Part shown: positions 57,096 to 64,000 of the stretch, in pieces
Layout: every line of letters begins with the position of its first letter
Numbering within the stretch: the stretch's first letter is position 1
Assembly: GCA_050742015.1 (NCBI GenBank)
Contig: JBOGEV010000014.1
Coordinates: 18,015-82,014, forward strand
Reading direction: 5' to 3'
DNA from: Acidimicrobiia bacterium
Lineage (GTDB): Bacteria; Actinomycetota; Acidimicrobiia; Spongiisociales; ZC4RG35
Length of the DNA: 64,000 nt
Position numbers and translations under genes: made by a program
Notes under the pieces: model-generated
The model's input: only the letters and a program-made list of their open reading frames with translations
What the model was told of the DNA's origin: nothing
Database searches by the model: none

Positions 57096-58139
57096 GTGGT
57101 CGGTGGGAGCACTTTGGAGACCTTGACCGTGGCCGGCGCAACCGAGTTGATCGTCGGGCGAGGTCTGCCCGATCCGATCCTGCCTCCGAGACCCGATCGA
57201 CAGCGGGTCGCCATCGTCACCCAGCCGGGGGCCACACACGTCGCGTTGGAAGTGGCGCAACATCTTCGCGGGGGAGACACCCAGGTCGAAGTGATCGGGC
57301 TCCCCGATCGCGACGAAGCCAAGACGCTCGTCGTGGCGGGGTCGGTCTACGAGGCCCTGGCCCGGTTCGGTCTCGGCCGTCACGACACCGTGGTTGGCGT
57401 GGGCGGCGGCTCGGTGTCGGATCTGGCCGGATTCGTCGCCGGCACCTGGCTGCGCGGTGTCGAGGTGGTGCATGTCCCGACCACCCTGCTGGCTGCGGTC
57501 GATGCATCCATAGGGGGGAAGACAGGGGTCAATCTGGCCGGTAAGAACCTGGTAGGTGTGTTCTGGCACCCGACGCGGGTCATCGTCGACGTTGCGCAGC
57601 TCGAGGCGTTGCCCACGTCGTTGCGCCGCGAAGGGCTTTCCGAGGCCTTGAAGACCGGGATCGTGGGCGACACCGAGCTCTTCGAGTTGCTGGAACGCGA
57701 CGGGGAGTCGGCTCCCCTGGAGCAGGTCGTGACCAAGGCCGCGGCCGTCAAGGCAAGAGTGGTCAGCGAAGACGAGAGGGATTCCGGGCTGCGGGCGATC
57801 CTGAACTTCGGTCACACCATCGGTCACGCAGTCGAGTTCGCCTCCCCACTGTCCCACGGTGACGCCGTGGCCGTCGGGATGGTCGCCGCCGGGCACATCT
57901 CGGAGATGCGTCTGGGATTTCCCCGCCTGGAGCGAATGGTGGATGCCATCGAGCGCCTCAGCTTGCCGACGCGGGTCGACGGGTTGGAGCGGGCCAGGGT
58001 GGAGGACCTCCTTCGTCACGACAAGAAGCGCGATGCCTCGGGGATCCGGATGGTCCTGATCCGGGCTCTCGGGGACCCGGTGGTCGAGTCCGTCGACGCC
58101 GGGGAGATCGAGGTCGGTCTCGATGCCGTGGGTCTCTGA
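57096..58139 (+). CDS. aroB: 3-dehydroquinate synthase
   Basis: GVGGGSVSDLAGFVAGTWLRGVEVVHVPTTLLAAVDASIGGKTGVN matches the glycine-rich NAD site and metal-binding region. GTG 57096 follows the aroC stop directly. The ORF track 56919 start overlaps aroC. No aroK lies between aroC and aroB. Confidence 0.88.
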   Translation: MVGGSTLETLTVAGATELIVGRGLPDPILPPRPDRQRVAIVTQPGATHVALEVAQHLRGGDTQVEVIGLPDRDEAKTLVVAGSVYEALARFGLGRHDTVVGVGGGSVSDLAGFVAGTWLRGVEVVHVPTTLLAAVDASIGGKTGVNLAGKNLVGVFWHPTRVIVDVAQLEALPTSLRREGLSEALKTGIVGDTELFELLERDGESAPLEQVVTKAAAVKARVVSEDERDSGLRAILNFGHTIGHAVEFASPLSHGDAVAVGMVAAGHISEMRLGFPRLERMVDAIERLSLPTRVDGLERARVEDLLRHDKKRDASGIRMVLIRALGDPVVESVDAGEIEVGLDAVGL

Positions 58140-58184
58140 CCCCGGTTTATCGTCACGCCTGGTTCCGGCCAGACTGCGCACAAC

Positions 58185-58742
58185 ATGATCAGCACCAATG
58201 ACGTCAAGCCGGGGATGGCGCTCCAATTGAGCGATGGCCTGTTCACCATCGTCGAGTATCAGCATGTGAAACCGGGCAAGGGCAAAGCTTTCGTTCGGAT
58301 GAAGCTCAAGAACCTGGACACGGGTCAGGTCCTCGACCGCACCTTTCGGGCCGACGAGAACGTCGACCAGGCGATCATCGAGCGCAGAGACCATCAGTAC
58401 CTCTACCAGGACGATCTCGGGTTCCACTTCATGAACCTCGATGACTTCGGTCAGCTCGCCCTGAGCGGAGACGACGTGGGCCAGGCCGCCGGGTTCCTGG
58501 TGGAGGGGACGACCGCCAGCCTGTCTCTCTATCAGGGGACACCGATAGCGGTGGAGCTGCCGGCGGCGGTCGAGCTGGAGGTGACCTACGCCGAGCCTGC
58601 CGTCAAGGGGGACACTCGAACCGGTGCCACGAAGCCAGTGACCCTCCAGACCGGGATCCAGATCCAGGTCCCGCTCTTCGTGGAACAGGGAGACCGGGTC
58701 AAGGTCGACACCCGTTCAGGTGAGTACCTGACCCGGGTATGA
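58185..58742 (+). CDS. efp: elongation factor P
   Basis: MISTNDVKPGMALQLSDGLFTIVEYQHVKPGKGKAFVRMKLKNLDTGQ includes the KPGKG loop. Confidence 0.93.
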   Translation: MISTNDVKPGMALQLSDGLFTIVEYQHVKPGKGKAFVRMKLKNLDTGQVLDRTFRADENVDQAIIERRDHQYLYQDDLGFHFMNLDDFGQLALSGDDVGQAAGFLVEGTTASLSLYQGTPIAVELPAAVELEVTYAEPAVKGDTRTGATKPVTLQTGIQIQVPLFVEQGDRVKVDTRSGEYLTRV

Positions 58743-59104
58743 GCGGCGAGGAGCCGAGAGACCTCGCCCTCGAGGCCCTCTATCAGATCGAGATCACCGG
58801 CGACAGCTCAACGGCCGCAAGCCTGGCGGGGAGGGCCGGGCTCCTCGTTCGTGGCGTCGTGGAGCACAAAGAAGCCCTGGACCATGAGATCGAGTCGGCC
58901 TCCGAGCACTGGAGCATCGCCCGGATGCCGGTGATCGACCGCTCGATACTCCGTCTCGGGCTCTTCGAGCTGCGTCACAACCGTGACACCCCCACCGCAG
59001 TCGTGATGTCGGAGGCGGTTCGCCTCGCCAAGACCTACTCCACCGAGCGCTCAGGAGCCTTCGTCAACGGGGTGCTTGCCTCCCTGGCCCGGACCAGCCG
59101 CTAG
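58739..59104 (+). CDS. nusB: transcription antitermination factor NusB
   Basis: All-helical NusB fold (LEALYQIEI...RMPVIDRSILRLGLFEL). ATGA-coupled to efp. Confidence 0.8.
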   Translation: MSGEEPRDLALEALYQIEITGDSSTAASLAGRAGLLVRGVVEHKEALDHEIESASEHWSIARMPVIDRSILRLGLFELRHNRDTPTAVVMSEAVRLAKTYSTERSGAFVNGVLASLARTSR

Positions 59105-59154
59105 TGGCCGGAGGTTGGGATCGGTGGCCGGCATGGCTAAGGTCCGCACGCCTT

Positions 59155-59223
59155 TAAACACGGTCCGGTGAGGCCGGGAAGGAGCGAGATGGGACCCGTC
59201 CCATCGGTGTCGGAGGGTCTCCG
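59155..59223 (+). promoter_or_regulatory. PyrR-binding leader RNA element upstream of pyrR
   Basis: gGUCCGGUGAGGCC (59162-59175) matches the PyrR-binding loop consensus RUCCNGNGAGGYU in 13 of 14 positions. A hairpin gatggga-cccg-tcccatc follows immediately 5' of the GGAGGG RBS, consistent with translational attenuation of the mycobacterial type. Confidence 0.65.
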
Positions 59224-59754
59224 ATGCCCCAGGTGATGAACGGTCAGGACATTCGGAGGGCCGTTAGCCGCATCGCCCACGAGATCCTGGAGCGCCACCA
59301 GGGAGCCGAATCCGTGGTCATCGTCGGCATTCACACCCGGGGTGTGCCCCTGGCCCGCCTCCTCGGCGACCTCATCGCCCAATTCGAGGGCATCTCGGTG
59401 CCAATTGGGGAGCTGGACATCGGTGAGTATCGGGACGACCGCGATCTGCGGCCGATCCACAACTCCGGAGCGACCGTCATCGGAGACATTGCCGGACTCA
59501 GCGTGATCGTCGTCGACGATGTCTTGTACACCGGGCGGACGATCCGCGCGGCCCTGGACGCACTGTCGGACATTGGGCGGGCCCGGCGGACTGAGCTGGC
59601 TGTGCTGGTCGATCGGGGACATCGCCAGCTCCCGATTCGAGCCGACTATGTCGGCAAGAACCTGCCCACCAGTCACCACGAGATGGTTCGGGTGCGGCTC
59701 ACCCCGTTCGATCCCGAAGAAGGGGTGTGGGTGGAGAGGAATGGTGCCCCATGA
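59224..59754 (+). CDS. pyrR: bifunctional pyrimidine operon regulator / uracil phosphoribosyltransferase PyrR
   Basis: Type I PRTase fold with VIVVDDVLYTGRT, the PRPP motif. Confidence 0.9.
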   Translation: MPQVMNGQDIRRAVSRIAHEILERHQGAESVVIVGIHTRGVPLARLLGDLIAQFEGISVPIGELDIGEYRDDRDLRPIHNSGATVIGDIAGLSVIVVDDVLYTGRTIRAALDALSDIGRARRTELAVLVDRGHRQLPIRADYVGKNLPTSHHEMVRVRLTPFDPEEGVWVERNGAP

Positions 59755-60644
59755 GCGGGCTCCTCTCACTTCGGGGGATGAGCCGGAAGACTCTGGATGG
59801 ACTTCTCGACCGGGCTCAGAGCTTTGTCGGCGCCAACCATCCCGTCCTGGGGCCCCATGCGGGCGCCACCGTTGCCACGGTCTTCTTCGAGCCATCGACA
59901 AGGACCAGGCTCTCCTTCGAGAAGGCGGCCCACCATCTCGGGTGCCATGTGATGAGTCTCAGCCCCGAGCACTCGTCGACGACGAAGGGCGAGTCACTGA
60001 AGGACACCATCCTCACCCTCACCGCCATGGGCACCGATCTGCTCGTGATCCGGCACTGGCTGGCCGACGCCGCAGACCTTGCCGCGGAATGGTCGGGACG
60101 ACCGGTCGTGAACGCGGGCGTCGGGCGGAGGGAGCACCCCACCCAGACTCTCATCGATGCCCTGACCCTGCGCCAGCGGTTCGGGCGTCTCGATGGGCTG
60201 CGCATGGCTGTGGTCGGGGACATCCGCAACAGCCGGGTGGCCCGGGGCATCCTCGCCGGGTTGCCGACCCTCGGAGTGGAGCTGACCTTGGTTGGTCCCA
60301 CCCCGTTCCTCCCGGTCACCGACCCATGGGGGGTGAGAAGGACCACCGACCTCGATGACGAGCTCGGTGACCAGGACGTGATCTACCTCCTGCGCGTCCA
60401 GAGGGAGCGGGGGGCGGTGCTTCCCTCAGAAGCGGGCTATGCCCGACACTTCGGGATGAATCGGGATCGGCTGTCGATGCTCAAGCCAGGCGCTGTGGTC
60501 ATGCACCCGGGGCCGATCAACCGCGGGCTCGAGATCGATGACTTCGTGGCCGACAGTGAACGCTCCCTGATACTGGACCAGGTCGCCAACGGCGTGCCGG
60601 TGCGAATGGCGGTGCTGTCCGCCGGCCTCGAGGGCCTGAAATGA
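59751..60644 (+). CDS. pyrB: aspartate carbamoyltransferase catalytic subunit
   Basis: FFEPSTRTRLSFE is the carbamoyl-phosphate site STRTR, with HPxQ present. ATGA-coupled to pyrR. Confidence 0.92.
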   Translation: MSGLLSLRGMSRKTLDGLLDRAQSFVGANHPVLGPHAGATVATVFFEPSTRTRLSFEKAAHHLGCHVMSLSPEHSSTTKGESLKDTILTLTAMGTDLLVIRHWLADAADLAAEWSGRPVVNAGVGRREHPTQTLIDALTLRQRFGRLDGLRMAVVGDIRNSRVARGILAGLPTLGVELTLVGPTPFLPVTDPWGVRRTTDLDDELGDQDVIYLLRVQRERGAVLPSEAGYARHFGMNRDRLSMLKPGAVVMHPGPINRGLEIDDFVADSERSLILDQVANGVPVRMAVLSAGLEGLK

Positions 60645-61909
60645 TCGTGATCCGCGGTGCGGGCGTGCTCCGTGCGACCGGGGTGGAAGAGGCGACTGTC
60701 TTGATCGAGGGAGATACCGTGCGGTCGGTAGGGGAGGAGTCCCCGGTGGTCGACGGGGCCAGGGTCATCGAAGCTGCCGGAGCCTGGCTCGGTCCCGGTT
60801 TGGTCGATCTGCATGCTCATTTTCGGGACCCCGGTCAGACCTGGAAGGAGGACCTCGACTCCGGCGCACGGGCCGCCGTTGCCGGTGGGTTCACCGCCGT
60901 CGTGACCATGCCCAACACCGACCCGCCGGTCGACGGGAAGGCCAGCGCCACCGCTGCCGTGGCTCGGGGGAGGGCGATTGCGATCATCGACTTGGTGGTC
61001 GCCGGTGCCCTGACCAAAGGCCGAGTCGGCGCCGAGATGGCGGACTTCGACGCGATGTACGACGCCGGAGTGAGAGTGTTCACCGATGACGGGGACGCAG
61101 TGCCCCAAGCCGGGCTGCTACGGAGCATCATGGCCTATGTCACCGATCTGCCTGGGGCCGTGGTCGCCGAGCACGCCGAGGACCGCTCACTGGCCGGCAA
61201 CGGGCATATGCACGAGGGCAAAGTCGCGGCTCGGCTCGGGGTCGAAGGGCTTCCCGGCCTGGCCGAGGACGTGATTGTGGCCCGGGACCTGGCCATCGCC
61301 GCCGAGACCGGGGCACGGGTCCACATCCAGCATGTTTCCACGGCAAAATCGGTCGACCTGATCCGCCGTGCTCGCCATGAAGGCGTGGCGGTGACCGCGG
61401 AGGTGACTCCCCACCATCTGGCTCTGGACGAATCGGCACTGGAGCATCTGGATCCCAACCTCAAGATGTACCCGCCACTGCGCTCCGCCGACGACCGGGT
61501 CGCCCTCGTGGACGGTCTGCGCGAGGGCGTGCTCGACGCGGTGGCCACCGACCACGCCCCGCACACGCCGGCGGAGAAGGCGGTCCCCTTCGAGGAGGCC
61601 CCCCGAGGCGTCATCGGGCTGGAGACAGCCGCGGCGGTTGTCGTGACGTCGGCCCTCGGGAGCGACCAGGCAGCGTTCTTCGATCGCATGAGCATCGCCC
61701 CGGCGCGGATCGCCGGCCTGGAGCGACATGGGAATGCGGTGGAGCCGGGCTCACCTGCCAATCTGACGCTGTTCGACCCAAGACGGCGCTGGGTTCCCGG
61801 GACCTTCGCCTCGAAGTCGGAGAACAGCCCGTTTACAGGAGTCGAGTTGACTGGAAGAGTGCTGGCGACGATCTACGAAGGGTCTGTCTCCTACGAGGAG
61901 GGTCTGTGA
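60641..61909 (+). CDS. pyrC: dihydroorotase
   Basis: GLVDLHAHFRDPG is the HxH metal site. The amidohydrolase fold includes DHAPH. 422 aa. Confidence 0.9.
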   Translation: MIVIRGAGVLRATGVEEATVLIEGDTVRSVGEESPVVDGARVIEAAGAWLGPGLVDLHAHFRDPGQTWKEDLDSGARAAVAGGFTAVVTMPNTDPPVDGKASATAAVARGRAIAIIDLVVAGALTKGRVGAEMADFDAMYDAGVRVFTDDGDAVPQAGLLRSIMAYVTDLPGAVVAEHAEDRSLAGNGHMHEGKVAARLGVEGLPGLAEDVIVARDLAIAAETGARVHIQHVSTAKSVDLIRRARHEGVAVTAEVTPHHLALDESALEHLDPNLKMYPPLRSADDRVALVDGLREGVLDAVATDHAPHTPAEKAVPFEEAPRGVIGLETAAAVVVTSALGSDQAAFFDRMSIAPARIAGLERHGNAVEPGSPANLTLFDPRRRWVPGTFASKSENSPFTGVELTGRVLATIYEGSVSYEEGL

Positions 61910-63071
61910 TGACCACCAGGGAACAGGCCATCTTGTGCACGGCCGACGGAGCCACCTTCCGGGGGCGTTCGGTGGGTGCCCGTGGCGTGACCACCGGGGA
62001 AGCCGTGTTCAACACCTCCATGACCGGATACCAAGAGATTCTCACCGACCCGTCATATGCCGGCCAGGTCGTGGTGATGACCACTTCGCATGTCGGGAAC
62101 TACGGGGTGTTCGAAGGCGACGAGCAATCATCCCGTCCGGCGGTCTCCGGGTTCGTGGTGCGGAGCATGTCGCGCCGTGACTCCAACTGGCGATCCCAGG
62201 GCGCCGTCGGCGACTATCTGCGAAACCACGACGTCGTGGCCATGGCCGACGTCGACACCAGAAGGCTGACCCGTCACCTGCGAGATCGAGGGGCCATGCC
62301 GGTGGCGGTCGGCGTGGACATCGACGAACAGGAGCTCAAGGAGATGGCTGCTGCTGCGCCCTCGATGGTGGGGCTGGACCTTGCCTCCTCGGTGAGCACC
62401 AAAGAGCCCTACACCCTCGAGGCGACCGGCGAGAGGCGGGGACGGGTCGTGGCCATCGATCTCGGTATGAAGCGAGACATCCTGGCCAACCTGACCGACC
62501 GTGGGTTCGAGGTCACCGTCGTCCCTTCCGCAACCGACGCGGCTCGAGTGCTCGATCTGGAGCCGGATGGTGTCTTCGTCTCCAATGGCCCCGGTGACCC
62601 TGAGCCCCTGGTGGCCACGACCAGGACCTTGCGTGGGCTGCTCGGCGAGGTCCCCCTCTTCGGCATATGCCTCGGTCATCAGGTGCTGGGGCTCGCAGTC
62701 GGCGCCGATACCTACAAGCTGGCGTTCGGGCATCACGGTGGGAATCACCCGGTGCGCCGCCTGGACGACGGAGCGGTCGAGATAACTGCGCAGAATCATG
62801 GCTTTGCGGTGGACCTGTGGTCGCTGACCGGCGAGGAGGCGCCGGTGAGGTCCGGTCTGGCCGGGCCCGATCTCCTGCCCCGATCGGTCGACTCGAGCTT
62901 CGGGCCGGTGATCCCAACCCATCAGAACCTCAATGACGGGACGCTGGAGGGCATGCGTCTCGAAGGTCTCCCGGCCTTCTCGGTCCAGTACCACCCCGAA
63001 TCCGCCCCAGGTCCAAGGGATGCCCGTGGTCTCTTCGACAGGTTCACCCGGATGATCGAGGAGCAGGGCTG

Positions 63072-63072
<1 letters not shown>
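61906..63072 (+). CDS. carA: carbamoyl-phosphate synthase small (glutamine amidotransferase) subunit
   Basis: [22 protein letters not shown] is the CarA N-domain. The GATase catalytic Cys is at GICLGHQ. Confidence 0.93.

Positions 63073-64000
<928 letters not shown>

Overview
This is a high-GC (~68-70%) window of conserved actinobacterial core chromosome. Its gene order closely tracks the Mycobacterium tuberculosis recA-miaB-miaA-dapF-lexA-nrdR, thrS-pgsA1-pimA, ruvCAB-yajC-apt-relA-hisS-aspS-alaS-ruvX-mltG-aroE-aroC-aroB-efp-nusB-pyrR-pyrBC-carAB regions. The differences are informative. RNase Y sits directly after recA with no recX. hflX, secDF, aroK and aroQ are absent. A gltA plus EF-G2 block lies inverted inside the PIM-lipid locus. 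An IS481-family element is inserted between mltG and aroE. RNA genes are a tRNA-Gly(GCC)/Cys(GCA)/Val(GAC) cluster and a separate tRNA-Val(CAC). Regulatory sites read from the sequence are a Cheo-type LexA (SOS) regulon and a PyrR-binding leader. The SOS sites are one box at recA, three strong plus one weak box at the divergent lexA/LysM promoter, and a box over the ruvC start that shares an identical 13-mer with the lexA region. The least explained features are: (i) a rhodanese-CBS gene interrupted by an in-frame TGA exactly in the catalytic loop, next to a hairpin, which could be a pseudogene, a sequencing error or Sec recoding; (ii) a GC-rich, hairpin-containing ~84-bp repeat family, tandem (2.5 copies) right after tRNA-Val and present again inverted ~7 kb away; (iii) a tRNA-bounded islet of three hypothetical genes and a minus-strand accessory run (VOC, patatin, Zn-ribbon, LLM oxidoreductase, APH-like kinase). 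No CRISPR array, phage genes or recognisable defence system are visible.
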